This document shows, piece by piece, positions 1 to 12,536 of a DNA stretch of 64,000 nucleotides. Each line of letters starts with the position of its first letter. Position 1 is the stretch's first letter. The stretch covers positions 3,782,001 through 3,846,000 of the forward strand of contig CM026547.1 in assembly GCA_014905635.1 (NCBI GenBank). The letters run 5' to 3'. The translations under genes were made by a program, and so were the position numbers. Under the pieces are notes generated by a model that ran no database searches, was not told the origin of the DNA, and was given only the letters and a program-made list of their open reading frames with translations. Source of the DNA: Scenedesmus sp. PABB004. Lineage: Eukaryota.

Positions 1-65
1 GGCGCGCGCCCGGCCCGCCCGCCGCGTCCCCCACCCCCAGAGCCCGCTCCCGCCCCTTCCCCCAG

Positions 66-600
66 GTGGTTTGGCATTCAGGCGTCGCTAACGCTCGCTG
101 ACCGTGCGTCACATGTGACCGAGCTGTTAACCACAGACATGCAGACGCTGGCGCAGCTGCCAGAGCCTGACAAGGAGCACCACGCGTGGGCCGTCGCCCA
201 GGTCGGCCTGACGCGGGCGCAGGAGCGCCGCATCGTCGCGGGGCTCGCGTGGTTCAAGCGCAACCTGAACCCCATGCTGGAGGAGCTCGCGGCGCTGCAG
301 CAGGCTTGCGCCGACAGCGGCGGCGGCGGCCGCGGCGACGGCGACCGCACCCGCGCGGCGGTCGAAGCGCACGCCGAGTACCGGCAGCGGCTTGCGGCCG
401 AGGCGGCGCGGGCGGATCGCATCGGTGTGGTGATGCGGAAAGACTTCCTGCACCGCATGGTGTGGGCGGGCTTTCTGTGGGGCTCTCTCACCTGGACGCA
501 GATCGCGCGGCTCCACGTGCTCATGTTTCCCTACGTTCCGATGCCCGCCTGCATCGGCACCGTCATTTATGGCGCGTCGGTGGCCACCGCCAGCTGCTGA
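66..600 (+). CDS. Last exon of a green-algal bZIP/DOG1-like family protein (5' part outside window)
   Basis: Acceptor CCCAG ends at 65, frame open to TGA 598-600, TGTAA at 945. Motifs VGLTRAQERRIVAGLAWFKR and LTWTQIARLHVLMFPY align with the genes at 31260-32885 and 44492-46090. Confidence 0.65.
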
Positions 601-934
601 GCAGGAACGTTGTTGCATTTCAGCGCCGCCGCGGCTGCAGCAGCCTGGGAGGGGGCGCCTGGAGCATCGGGCATTTGGTGCGCGCTGTGCTTGCAACACC
701 CGGTGGGCTTGGCATGCAGGGGAGGAGCTACCGCGTGGGGCTGGCTGGAGGAAACCGGTGTGCTGGACACTCACAGCATGTGCGCTCATGTGTGCTGGTC
801 ACTTTGCAGCGCGCGATGATAAATGATCGCGGTCGCTGGTTGCTCGCTCGTCTGTTCGTCTGTCCACAACCTTGGGGGGCCGCGCGGTGCAGCTGTGCAG
901 CTGCCCCACATTTGGTGGCGGGGGAGGCAAAACC

Positions 935-950
935 ATTACAACGTTGTAAT
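935..950. terminator. Palindromic bidirectional poly(A) signal ATTACAACGTTGTAAT
   Basis: Perfect 16-bp palindrome with TGTAA on + (945-949) and on - (936-940), between two convergent genes. TGTAA is the chlorophyte poly(A) signal. Confidence 0.7.
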
Positions 951-994
951 CGTTGCGGAAGTCCCGCACGCCCGCGGCGCGCCCCCGCTCCCGC

Positions 995-3932
995 TCACAG
1001 CAGCGTGTGCAGGCGCGAGAGGCGCTCGTCGTCGCGCAGCGCGAGGCCGACGTCCTCCTTGTCCACGTTGAGCGCCACGGCCGCCTTGAGGTGCGCGCCG
1101 TCGCTCAGCAGCAGCCGCACGCCCGCGAGCCGCACCAGGCACTGCTGCAGCACGCCCAGCGGCGGCGGCGTGAGGCCCACCAGGGCGGCGATGCTGTTGG
1201 CCGCGCGCTCAGCCACGCTCTGCGGGCGCGCGCGCGCGTGCGTGCGGCGCGGGCGTGTGAGCGCCGGCTGCGCCGCGCCGGCGGCGCCACGCCCGCCGGC
1301 TGCCCCACCGCCTCTGCCCGTCCCTCCCTCCGCCGGCGGCGCACACCTGGATGATCACGGCGCTGCGCCCCGTCGCGCGCGCCTCGACCACCACCGCCAC
1401 GAGCAGCACCTTCTCCCACGTGCTGCGGCTGCGCAGCAGCTTGTGGTGCAGCGCGCTAAACATCTCCTGCTGCGCCTGCGTCACGTGCGCGCGGCGCACG
1501 AGCGGCGCCTGCCCCTCGGCCCACGCCACGCGCGGCTGCACGCCGCCGCCGTCGCCGCCGCCGGCGCCGCTCTGCGTGACGCTGTGCTCCAGCAGGTGCT
1601 GCTGCCGCGCGATCTCGACCGCGCGGCGCAGCAGCTCCAGCGCGCGCCGGACGTCGCCTGCGAGCGGTGGCGGCGGCAGAGGCGGCGGCGGCGTCAGCCG
1701 GCGGCAGCGCGCCGGGGCGCCGCCGCGGCGGGGCGCGCGCGCGGCGCGCGGCGCGCGGCGCGCGGCGCGCGGCGCCTGGGCGCGCCGCGCCGCGCACCGG
1801 TCTCCGAGGCGACCTTGCGGCAGGCGAGCTGCACCGCCGCCTCCTCGACCGCGCCGGCCGCGGCGCTCGCGTGCAGGCGCGCCCTGACGATCGCGAGCAG
1901 CGCCTGCACGCCGTACGGCGCAAACGGGAGCTTGGCCTGGTCGAGGCGGCTCGCGATGCGCGGCAGCACGCGCGCGTCGAGGTCGTGCGTGTTGCTGATG
2001 CCGATCACGGCCAGCCGGCTGCCGGGCGTGGCGGGCCAGTCAAAGAGCTGGTACAGCACCTGAGCGCGGCGCGCGGGGCGGGGGGCATGAGCGGGCGGCG
2101 CGTGGGCGCGCGGGGCGGAGACGCGTGCGCCCGCCCGCCGGCCGCGCGCGCAGCGCAGCGCGGCGCGCCGGCGCGAGCCCCCGCGGGCGCCGGCGCCGGG
2201 CTGGGGCGCGCGGGCGCGGGCGCGCCCCGCCGCGGGGCCGCGCACCGCCTGGTCGCGCGTGAGCAGCATGTCAATCTCATCCAGCACGATGATGGTGCTG
2301 TACCGCCGCCGCGGCCCGCCGGCCGCGCCGCCGCCGACGCCAAAGTGCTGCTGCAGCGCGTCGCGCGCGCTGCGCGGCGCGGGGCGCGGCGCGGCGTGAG
2401 AGGCATGGGGCGCGGCGGCGCGGCGGCGCGCGGCGTCGCGCGGCGGCGCGCGCCGTGGCAGCGCACCGCGCCGGCCCGAGGTGCTGCCCGCTGAGCTTCT
2501 CCCACAGCCGGCTGAACACGTGCTGCGGCGACGGCAGCTGCAGGCAGTTGATGGCCACGAGCTGGCTCCCCGCCGCGACCGCGTCGCCGGCCTGGGCGTT
2601 GAGCACCTCCATCACCAGCGCCGTCTTGCCCGTGCCGGGCACGCCGCAGATGTAGAGCACGCCGCCGTCTGGCGGCGCGTGCAGCGGCGAGCGGTGAGCG
2701 CGGCGCCCGGGGCGGGCGGGCGGGCGGCGCGCGGGCGGGAGGGCGCCGCCGCTTGGCACGCACCCTCCTTGAGCGCGCGGGCGACAAATCCCTGCAGCCG
2801 CACGCGCTCGTCGTCGCGGCACGGCAGGCTCGCAGGCACGGCCGCGAGGCTCAGCGCCGCGTGCAGGCGGCCAAACGCGTCGGCCTGCTCGCTCCGCGCG
2901 CCGCCAAGGTCGCCCGCGCCGAGGCCGGCAAACTGCGGCGCCAGCGGCGGCGACGGCCAGCGGTCAGCGCCCCGGCGCGGTCCCCCCCCTCGCCCGCGTG
3001 CTCCGCGCCTCACCCGCTCCGCCGCGGCGGCCGCCGCGAGCATCGCCGCCGGCAGCTGGCCGTGGCGCTTGCGCTTGGCGCCGCCGCGCGCGCCGCGCAG
3101 GTGCGGGGCGAGCTCGGGGCGGTACGCGCCGTCGTCGGACTCGCCGCCGCTGCCGCTGCCGCTGGGCTCGCCGTCGGCGTCGCTGTCGCTGTCGCTGGCG
3201 CCGCCGGCGGCGCGGCCGCGGCGCCGCGCGCGCGCGCGCGCGGGCGCGGCGTCGCGGGGTCCCAGGGGTCGGCCCCCGCGGGGCCGGGCCCGCCGCCGCC
3301 GGGCAGCAGCTCGCCGGCGCGGCCGTACTTGCGGCGCTTGAAGCGGCGCCACGTCTCGTCGTACTCGTAGTCACACACAAAGACGTCGTTGCCCTCCTCC
3401 TCGCGCGCGTCGGCAAACGCGGCGGGCGCGTGCACAAACGCGCGGCCCGCGAGCGCGGCGACGGGCTCGACGTACATCTGCGCGCGCAAACGCGCGGCGC
3501 GGTCGGCGCGGCGCGGTCAGCGCGCGCGAGCGTCGTGGCCGCCGCCCCTGCAGCCTCACGCCCCCCCCCCCCCCCTTCCCCCATGTGTGCGCGCCTTGGT
3601 GCCCAGGAAGACCTCGCGCGCGCCGTGCTGCCGCGTGCGCCCCAGGTGCGTCTCCTGGGGAAGCAGGTAGTAACGCACCAGCAGCTGGTCCCTGCGAGCC
3701 CCGGCAGGGCAGCGCCGCGGCGGGGCGGTCGGCGGCGGCCGCGCCGGGCGGCGGCGGCGGCGGCGGCGGCGGCGCGTGCGCGTGCGCGTGCGCGCTCACT
3801 CCTCCTGCCCGTCCGGCGCCCGGCCGCGCTGGCAGCCGAGCACGTGCACCAGCGCGAGCTGGTTGGTGCCGTGGAGCAGCTTCTGCCACTTGGCGATCAG
3901 CCGCGCCGGCGGCGGCGGCACCTGCGCGCGGC

Positions 3933-3973
<41 letters not shown>

Positions 3974-5357
3974 CGCGGTCGAGCGGGCGGGCTCCGCGCG
4001 CACCGCTCCCCGACCCCCCGGGCCTGCCGCGCCGCCGCCGCACCTGGCCGGCGTTGCACTCGGGGCACAGCCAGTCGCCGTCCGGCACGGCCTTGAGCGG
4101 CGGCGCGAGGCAGCGCAGGTGGAAGCCGCGCAGGCAGGTGCTGCACTCGAGGATCTCGTTGCCGCGCCGGCACTTGCTGGAGTGGCAGACCTGGGCGCGC
4201 GCGCGCGCGGCGGCGCAGCGCGGCGCGGCGCCGTGTGGGCGGCTGCGCCCGTGCGCGGCCCGTGCGCCCTCTTCCTCCGCCCTCCCGCCCTCACGCGCGC
4301 GCGTGCGCCCGTGCGCCGCGCCGCCCACCTCGCAGGCCTCGTCCTCGTCCTCCTCGTACTCGTACTCGTCCAGCCGCACGTACGCGTCGTCCCCGGGGCC
4401 AATCACCTCGCCGTCGACGTCCACCACCGCGAGCGCCGCGCCGACGGGCAGCTCCGCGCCGCCGCCGACGCCGCCCGCCCGGCGGCCGGCCCGGGGCACG
4501 GCCGCGGCCGCGGCCGCGCCGCCGCGCGCGCGCAGCTTGGCCGAGGCCGGCGCCCGCGCCGCCGGCGGCGTGGCCAGGCTCATCTTGGCCAGCGGCGTGG
4601 CCAGGCTCGGCGGCGGCTGCGCGGCCTTGGGCTGCGTGCAGCTGCGCGCCAGCCGGCCCGAGGGCGTGGCCGCCGCGCCGCGCGCGCTGCGGGGCGTGGC
4701 GGCCGCTGCCGGCGCCGCGCCGCCGGCGCCGCGCCTGGGCGTCACGGCCGGCGCGGCCACGGCGCCCTGCCGCCTGGGCGTGCGTGCGGGCGCGGCTGCG
4801 GCGGTCGGGGCCTTGCCGCGCGGCCTGCTGCTGGCCCGCGACGAGTGGAAAGGCCGCACGTCGTCGCCGCTCTCGCTGCCGCTCTCGCTGTCGGGGCCGC
4901 CGCCGGCGCCGCCGCCGCCGGCGCTGTCCGCGGCGTTGGCGGTCGCAAAGCTGTCCTCGTCCTCGCTGCCGCCGCCCTCCATGGCGGTGTGCTGCTGCTC
5001 GCTGTCACTGCCGTCGCCAGCCGCTTCGCTGTCGCTGACGACCGCCGGGCGCGCGCTGGCGGCGGGCTGCTGCCGCTGCCGCCGGCCGGCCGGCGGCGCC
5101 TGCTCGTCGTCGCTGTCGCTGGTGTCCGACGCGTGCACCATGACCACGTCGGCCGCCGCCGGCCGCCGCTTCGGCTGCTGGTCGCGGCCCGCGCGGCGCT
5201 GCCGCTGGTCGCTCGCGACCAGCGCGTCGTCGTCGCTGTCGCTCGCGTCCGCGTAGCTGGCCCGGCTCGCGCCCCGGGTGCGGGGCGTTGTCGCGTCAGC
5301 AGCAGCCTTGGCCGCCCGCACGGGCGTGCGGGCGGCTCGCTTGGGCCCTGTGTCCAT
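995..5357 (-). CDS. ORC1: Origin recognition complex subunit 1 (PHD + BAH + AAA+ + winged helix), multi-exon
   Basis: PHD finger (CEVC..ECSTCLRGFHLRCLAPPLKAVPDGDWLCPEC), BAH (LPQETHLGR..REVFL; DVFVCDYEYD), Walker A GVPGTGKT, Walker B LDEIDMLL, IGISNTHDL..LPRIASRL. PHD+BAH is the plant-type ORC1 layout. Confidence 0.93.
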
Positions 5358-5941
5358 GCTGCAGCAGCTGCAGTGAGATGGCCGCCCCCCACCGCTCGCC
5401 CAGGGCCGGCCGCGGCCTGGCGGCCTGCTCAGGGATAAGGGAGCGTGTAGTATCGGCCGGGAGCGATGCCTGGGGGGTCGCGCGGGGCAGCAGGGCGCGC
5501 GCGGAGTCGCACGGCGCGGGAGCGAGCCCTGCGCGCGAGGGCGGGAGCTGCGCGGGGAGCCGCACGGCGCGTGGGCAGCGTCGGTGCGCGTGTGGCGCGG
5601 CGGCGCGTGGCAGCAGGCGATCGACGCAGCGGCGGCGGCGGCGCCCGGTTCGAGCGCAAGAACCGCCGAAAAAGAACGCGCCGCAGTCTGTCGCCCTGCT
5701 GCCGCCCCGGCGACGTGCCATCACACGAGTCGCCCTGCGCTTGCGTCCAGCGGCCACGTTGAGCGGCGGCGAGCGCGGGCAGCAGCGGCAGCAGCAGCGG
5801 CGGGTCGCGCAGCAGCGGCGGCGCCGGCGCCGGCGCGGCCGCGTGTTGCCCGTCGGTGCTCTCTCTGGGTGGTGGCGCAGCCGGAGCGTGCGCGGCGATC
5901 AGAGTCGCGGGTCGTGGATCAGCAGCAGCAGCAATCACCAA

Positions 5942-6576
5942 ATGAGCGAGCCTGGCGCGCGGCCACCTGGCCCGCCCGGGCCGCCCCCGGGCCCGCCAGC
6001 GATGGCGACGGACGCCGATCAGCCGCAGGCGGCGCCGCAGGCGGCGCTGCTCGCAGGCGGCGACTCGGCAGCCAGGTGCGCGGCGCTGCGGCGGCGCTGC
6101 TGCGGCGCTAGCGTCGCGAGCGCTCGGCGTGCTCACACCGTGCCGCGCCGCCTGCCCCGCTCCCCTGCCCTCCTCCGCAGCGGTCTGAAGCGTGCGGCGC
6201 CCGAGGCCGCGGAGGAGGAGGGCCTGGCGCAGTCGAAGGATAAGGTGCAGCGCGGCGCCGAGCAGCCGCCGCCCACGCAGCAGCAGCAGCCGGCGGCGGC
6301 GCAGCTGGCGCCGCCGGGCCCGCCGATCGGCGCGCCGCCGGGCCCGCCGCCTGGCGCGCCGCCGGGGCCGCCGGGGCCGCCGGGCCCACCGGCGGGCGCG
6401 CCGCCGCCCGGGTACGGCGCGTATGGCTACGGCGCGCCGGGCTACGGCGCGCCGCCTCCGGGCTACGGCGCGCCGCCGGGCGCGTACGGCTACGGCGCGC
6501 CGCCGCCGGGCTACAGCCACGACGCCTATGCCTACGCCTACCAGCAGCAGCAGGCGCAGCTGCAGCAGGCGCAGCT

Positions 6577-6615
<39 letters not shown>

Positions 6616-7751
6616 CCTCGCCGGCGTGCCCGGCGCCGCCGCGGCGGCGCACAGCCGCCGGCCGTCCATTGAGGCCAGGGCGGTCATCCACGCGCCGCCG
6701 CAGCCCGCGGCGGCTGCTGGCGCCAACGGCGCCGCGGCGCCGGCCGACGGCGCCGCCGCGCCAGCCGGCGGCGGCGGGGCCGACGGCGGCGGCGGCGACG
6801 GCGGCGGCGGCGGCGGCAAGCAGCTGCCCGCCGCGCTGCGCGCGCGCCTGATCGCGCGCGGCATCATCAAGGGCGAGGCCGGCGGCGCGGCCAGCGGAGC
6901 GCCCGCGCCCGCGCCTGCGGCGCCCGCGCCCGCGCCGGCGCCGGCCGCCATGCCGCCGCCGGCGCCCGCAGCAGGGCCGGCGCCGCGGCCGCTGGGCGCG
7001 CTCCCCGGCCTGCCGCCGGGCTGGCTCGCCGCGGCCGACCCCGCGCACCAGGGCGCGGTGTACTACTACCACCCAGCCTCCGGCGAGCGCTCGTGGTCGC
7101 GCCCCGCCGCGCCGCTGCCGCCGGGGTGGGTGGAGGCGCTCGACGGCGCGACCGGGCGCTGCTACTACTGCAACGCCGGCCTCGGCGCGTCGCAGTGGGA
7201 CGCGCCCGGCGGCGGCCCGCCCGCGCCCGGCGGCGGCGCGCCGGGGGCGGCGTTCGTCCCGGCGCCCGCGTTTGCCGGGGCGCGGCCGGGCTACGCGTTC
7301 AAGGCGGGGCCGCAGGGCCTCGGGTACTACGCCGACGCCGCCGCCGGCGCGCCGGGCGGCGGCGTCGGCGCCGGGCGCGCCGCGGCCGTGGTGAGCGCGC
7401 CGCCGGCCGTGCGCCGGCCCTTTGACGCCGCGCCGCCCGTCGGCGGCGACGACTTTGGGGCGGACCGCGGGCCGCGCAAGACGCGGCTCGAGGCGATCGC
7501 GGAGCGCCAGGCCGCGCGCAACGCGGCGCTGGCCAAGGCGGGGCGCAGCCGCGCCCGCGGCGGCGACGACGTCGACCCCATGGACCCGGTGAGCGGCTGC
7601 GCGGCTGCGCGGCTGCGTGCGCGCTGCGCGCCGCCCGCCCGCGCGCGCGCGCTGCGACCGACCCCGCCGCCCCGCGCAGTCGGCCTACTCGGACGCGCCG
7701 CGCGGCGGCTGGAGCGCCGGGCTGGAGAGCAGCCGCGAGCAGCAGACGTGA
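5942..7751 (+). CDS. PQBP1: Polyglutamine-binding protein 1-like, two WW domains
   Basis: WW motifs LPPGW..YYYHPASGERSWSRP and LPPGWVEA..YYCN..SQWDAP. Spliced C-terminus DVDPMDP|SAYSDAPRGGWSAGL (intron 7589-7679) matches the PQBP1 signature. Confidence 0.85.
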
Positions 7752-8081
7752 GCGAGCGAGGGCGCCGGGCGGTCGGTCGAACGGCGTCGTGCGCAGACCG
7801 CCGCCGCCGCTCGCGCTGCTCGCGCCTCCAGCCCGGTGCCGAGCCCACACAGCTCGCCGCTTCCGCGCACCGCGTCCAGTGCCAGCGCCCTGCCGCGCCC
7901 ACCAGCGCGCAGACAGCCCTCGCTGCCCGGCACCCCGCGCGCGAACGCCCGCGTACTGCGCCCGGGGAGGCGGGGGGCCGCTGGAACGGCGTGCTGGGGC
8001 GGGCGCCCGACCAGCTGCAGCAGCAGCACCCGGGGGCGGCAGCAGCAGCATCGGGCGCAGCACCCGGCTGCTGGGGCCGCG

Positions 8082-10064
8082 ATGGCCACCAGCAGCGCGG
8101 GCGTGCTGACCAGCGATGAGGTGAACTACATCATCTACCGGTACCTGCAAGAGTCCGGTGCGTCGGCGCCGCCGCCGCCGCCGCCGCGCCGGCCTGCCGC
8201 GCGCCGCACGGCCGCCGGGGCGGGAGGTGCCCGGCCCGCGCCCGCGCCCGCGCCCCTGACGCCGGAGCAGCTCACGCAGCGCGGGCGGCCCGCCGCGCGG
8301 CCGCCGCGGGCGCGCGCAGGCTTCCACCACAGCGCGTTCACGTTTGCGCACGAGAGCCACGTGCACCGCTGCGAGATCGACCCCAACCAGGTGCCGCCTG
8401 GCGCGCTGGTGACGTTCGTGCAGAAGGGCATGCAGTACCTCGAGGCGGAGGCCAACATCGACGTGCGCGCGGCGGCGGCGCGCGGCGGCGCGCGGCGGCC
8501 GGGCCGCAGCAGCGAGCGGCGGCCGGCCGCCGGCCGCGGCAGCGAGCGGCGCCGCCCGCCGCCCGACCGCAGGAGGGCGGCGAGGTGGACGGCGAGTTTG
8601 CGCTGCTCGACCCGCGCGACATCCTGACCAAGAGCCTCGACGAGCTGCGCCGCCTCGCGATCGACCGCAAGGCCAAGCGCGTCGACCGGCAGGCCGGTGC
8701 GGCGGCGGCCGCGGCGCGCGGCACGGTGGTGGCGACGGCTGCGGCGCGCCCAACCGCGCGGCGCGCGGCGCGCGGCGGCGGCCCACGCGCGCCCGCGCAC
8801 GTGCGCCGCGCCGCAGAGCTGACGAGCCGGCAGGAGCGGCTGGAGAAGGCGCGGGAGAAGGCGGAGCGCAAGCGCGACCGCGCGGCGGCGCAGGAGGCGG
8901 AGCGCGCCAAGGCGGCGGCGGCGGCTGCAGCGGCAGCCTCCAACGCCGCCGCCGCCGCGGCGGCGGCCGCGGCCGCGGCCGCCGTGGCGGGCAGCGCGGC
9001 GGCTGTGAAGCAGGAGGCCAACGGCGCGGCGGACGAGGCGGCAGCGATGGACGAGGACGGCGGCGGCGTGGAGATCACGGGCAGCGAGACGCTGAAGGGC
9101 CACGAGAGCGAGGTCTTCATCTGCGCGTGGAGCCCCATCGAACTGCTGCTGGCCTCGGGGTGGGCGCGCCGTCGCGAGGCCCCGCGCGCGCGGCGGGGCG
9201 CGCGACGCCGTCGGCGCCGCGGCGGCTGACGCAGCCGCCGCGCCGCGCTCGCTGCGCAGGTCGGGCGACGCGACGGCGCGCATCTGGGACCTCGCGCCCG
9301 GCACCGACCACGCGTCGCCGCTCGTGCTGCGGCACGAGAGCGGCAGCGCGAGCAAGTCCGGGCCGGGGTCCAAGGACGTGACCACGCTCGACTGGCACCC
9401 CCAGGGCGGCCTGCTCGCGAGCGGCTCGTACGACGGCGTCGCGCGCGTGTGGACCAAGGAGGGTGCGTGCGCGCGGGCAGGCGGGGCCCCGCCGCCGCCG
9501 CCGCCGCGCACGCTCAACGCGTGCCCCGGTGTCCCGCCCGCCCGCGCGCCCGCGCGCCGGCCCAGGCGAGCTGAAGCTGAAGCTGGAGCGGCACAAGGGC
9601 CCCATCTTCAGCCTCAAGTGGAGCAAGCGCGGCGACATGCTGCTGAGCGGCAGCGTCGACAAGACCGCGATTGTGTGGGACGCGGCCAGCGGCGAGGTGA
9701 AGCAGCAGTTTGAGTTCCACAACGGTGCGCGCCCGCCGCACCCGACTGCGCGCGCCCGGCGGCGCGCGCCCGGCGCGCCGCGCCGCCGCGCCCTCACGGC
9801 CCTCGCGCCCCCGCGACGCGCCGCGCCGCGCAGCGCCCACGCTCGACGTGGACTGGCGCAACAGCAACTCGTTTGCGACGTGCTCCACCGACAAGGCCAT
9901 CCACGTCTGCCGCCTCGGCGACACCAAGCCGCTGAAGACGTTCACGGGCCACACAGACGAGGTGCGAGCCCGCGCCGCCGCGCACGCGGCGGGCGCCGCT
10001 GTCGGGCGGCGGCTGGCGGCCCGGAGTCTCTGAGCGCTCGAGCGAGCGCTTGAGCGTTTGAGCC

Positions 10065-10103
<39 letters not shown>

Positions 10104-10694
10104 GCGCAGGTGAACGCAATTCGCTGGGACCCGCAGGCCAAGCTGCTCGCATCGTGCAGCGACGACACCACCGCGAAGGTGTGGAGCGTCTCGAGCGACG
10201 CGCCGCTGCACAGCTTTGCGGCGCACAAAAAGGAGATCTACACCATCAAGTGGAGCCCCACGGGCGCCGGCAGCGCCAACCCCAACCTCCCGCTGCTGCT
10301 CGCGACCGCGAGCTTCGACACGACCGTCAAGCTCTGGGACGTCGCCGCCGGCGGGTGCGCGCGCCGCGCCGCGCCGCGCCGCGCCTGTGCGTGCACCGCC
10401 GCTGCCGCCGCTCACCATGCCACCCGCCGCGCGCCGCGCTGCGCCAGGCTGCTGCACAGCCTCGAGGCGCACCGCGAGCCGGTCTACAGCGTCGCGTTCA
10501 GCCCCGACGGCCGGCTCATGGCGTCGGGGTCGTTCGACAGCATGCTCCACATATGGAACGTGGCCGACGGCGCGCTGCTGCGCAGCCACAAGCTCGAGGG
10601 CGGCATCTTTGAGGTCTGCTGGGCGCGCGGCGGCGACAAGCTCGCCGCCTCCACCAGCAGCAAGGCCGTGGTCGTGCTCGACCTGCGGCGCTGA
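8082..10694 (+). CDS. HOS15: TBL1/HOS15-type LisH + WD40 co-repressor subunit, multi-exon
   Basis: [26 protein letters not shown]is[70 protein letters not shown]. Confidence 0.93.
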
Positions 10695-10974
10695 GCCGCG
10701 TGCTGACCTGCGGCGCTGAGCGGCCGCAGCGGCGCCGACAGAGCGGGCGCGCGCGGCGGCGCGGGCGGCGGCTGAGACCCGTTCGTGTCGCGACGCTGCG
10801 CCTTCTGCAATCGCCCCCAGCGCGCGCTGCATTGCCCCGTCTCCCCCCGCGCCCCGCGCGAGAGCCGTCGCCACACGATCCGCCCGCGCCCCGCGCCCTC
10901 GCTGTCCGCCGGAGCCGGCAGCAGCAGATTGCGGCCAGGCCCGCAGCTCGCCGTCGCGCGCCCGCGCCGCCGCG

Positions 10975-11283
10975 ATGGACCTGGGGCTGCGCATTGCCAT
11001 CGGCGTGGGTGTCGCAGCCGGCACGGCGGGCCTGATCGTGGTGCCGAGCAAGAAGCAGAAGGACGCAGCAGCGATGGACCTCTTCGACGCGCGCTTCGAC
11101 GACCTGCACCCCCAGGACCGCAAGGCCGCCGAGTTCCGCGCCGGTCACCAGCGCTGGACGGGCTTCTTTGAGCGCAGCATCTACCCGCTCACGCGCAAGC
11201 TGCCGGGGGCAAAGAACCCGGTGCTCAACCCGTACAGGGACGCCGAGCCCCTCGGCGGCGGCGGCGGCGACGACGACGAGTGA
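10975..11283 (+). CDS. Small 102-aa protein with N-terminal hydrophobic segment, unknown function
   Basis: ATG-to-TGA ORF with strong GC3 codon bias and non-low-complexity sequence; IAIGVGVAAGTAGLIVV is a TM-like stretch. Confidence 0.65.
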   Translation: MDLGLRIAIGVGVAAGTAGLIVVPSKKQKDAAAMDLFDARFDDLHPQDRKAAEFRAGHQRWTGFFERSIYPLTRKLPGAKNPVLNPYRDAEPLGGGGGDDDE

Positions 11284-11953
11284 GCCGCGGCCGCCGGCCG
11301 CTTGACCCCAACCCTGACGTGTTTCGTGTGTTGTGTTTGACCCTGTCGGACGGCTGGCGCGACCGCGTGACCCGTGTTCTTTGGTCGTGGGCGGCAGCCC
11401 CGGCGTGCGCGGCCGGCCGCCGCGGCGCCGCGGCGGGCCGTGCTCTCTTTTCACATGTCCCTTGACAGGCGGGGGCGGGCTTTGGCAGGCGCGCCGAGCG
11501 CGCCGAGCGGGCCGAGCGCGCGGGCAGCGGCGCCCGGCGGCTGGAGCGGCGGCTGGACCCGGAGCAGCGAACGGCGGCGATGGCAGCCGGGCTTGGCTGG
11601 CTGGAGCAGCAGCAGCGGTGGCGCTCTGGTGGAGGCGGCGCAGCGGGTGCGTCGGCTGCTGCGCGGAGGTAATTGCTTTACGCTCGTTTGCGCTCCGTCC
11701 GTCCGTCCCGGCCGAGCTAGTGAAGAAAACAAGCGCCACCACGCGCGCCAACCCCCGCCGCTCGGCCGACCCGGCTCGCGCTGCCACACAGCAGCAGGCG
11801 CGTGCGGGCGGGAAAAAACTCGGCTCTGCTGTGTGCCAAACGCTCTGTACACCGGCAACAACAGATCCGACGCCGAGCGGCGGCGCGCACGCCGGCGCGC
11901 GCACACGCACACCGGCACACACAGGCGCGCACGCGCGCGCCGCCGGGCACCCC

Positions 11954-12502
11954 TCACATGATGGCACAGCCGCAGTCGGTGACCGGGTTGTAGTTGCCGT
12001 GCGGCCGCGCGGTCTCCATCTCGGCGTCCACGCCCGCCTGCCGCATCGCGTACAGCTGGCGCAGCACCTCGTCAAAGCCCGGCCGCGCCGCGGGGTCCTG
12101 CGCCCAGCACGCCGCCACGAGCGCGCGCACGGGCGCGGGCCAGTGCGCCGGCAGCGCCTCGCGGTGCCCGCCCGCGACGGTGCGGGCGTAGTCGAGCAGC
12201 TCGTCGTGCTGCCCCGCCATCGCGACGCGGCCCGCGATGACCACGCCCGCGAGGAGCTCGTACAGGATGATGCCAAAGCTGAAGACATCGATCTTCTCAT
12301 TGTACTGCCGCCCAGACAGCACCTCGGGCGCCATGTACATCAGGCTCCCCACCTTCTGCGTCGCCTCGATGAACTGCTGCGCGCCGCCGGCGCCGGCGCC
12401 GGGCGGCGCCGCGGCGGCGGCGCCGCGCGCCGCCGCGAGCTCCGCGAGCAGCGAGGGGCAGAGCTCGGCCGCCGGCGCGGCGCCGCGGCGCGCGGTGCGC
12501 GG

Positions 12503-12536
<34 letters not shown>

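Noticed and set aside
6540..6615. CAG/polyQ and GCC/polyA tracts (also ~17115, 28790, 33580)
   Set aside because: Ordinary low-complexity coding sequence in GC-rich chlorophytes.
8690..8700. Possible GC donor CAG|GCCGG in HOS15
   Set aside because: A GT donor at 8697 restores the frame, so it is not counted as GC-AG.
11807..11814. GCGGGAAA E2F-like motif
   Set aside because: Lies between convergent 3' ends, not in a promoter.
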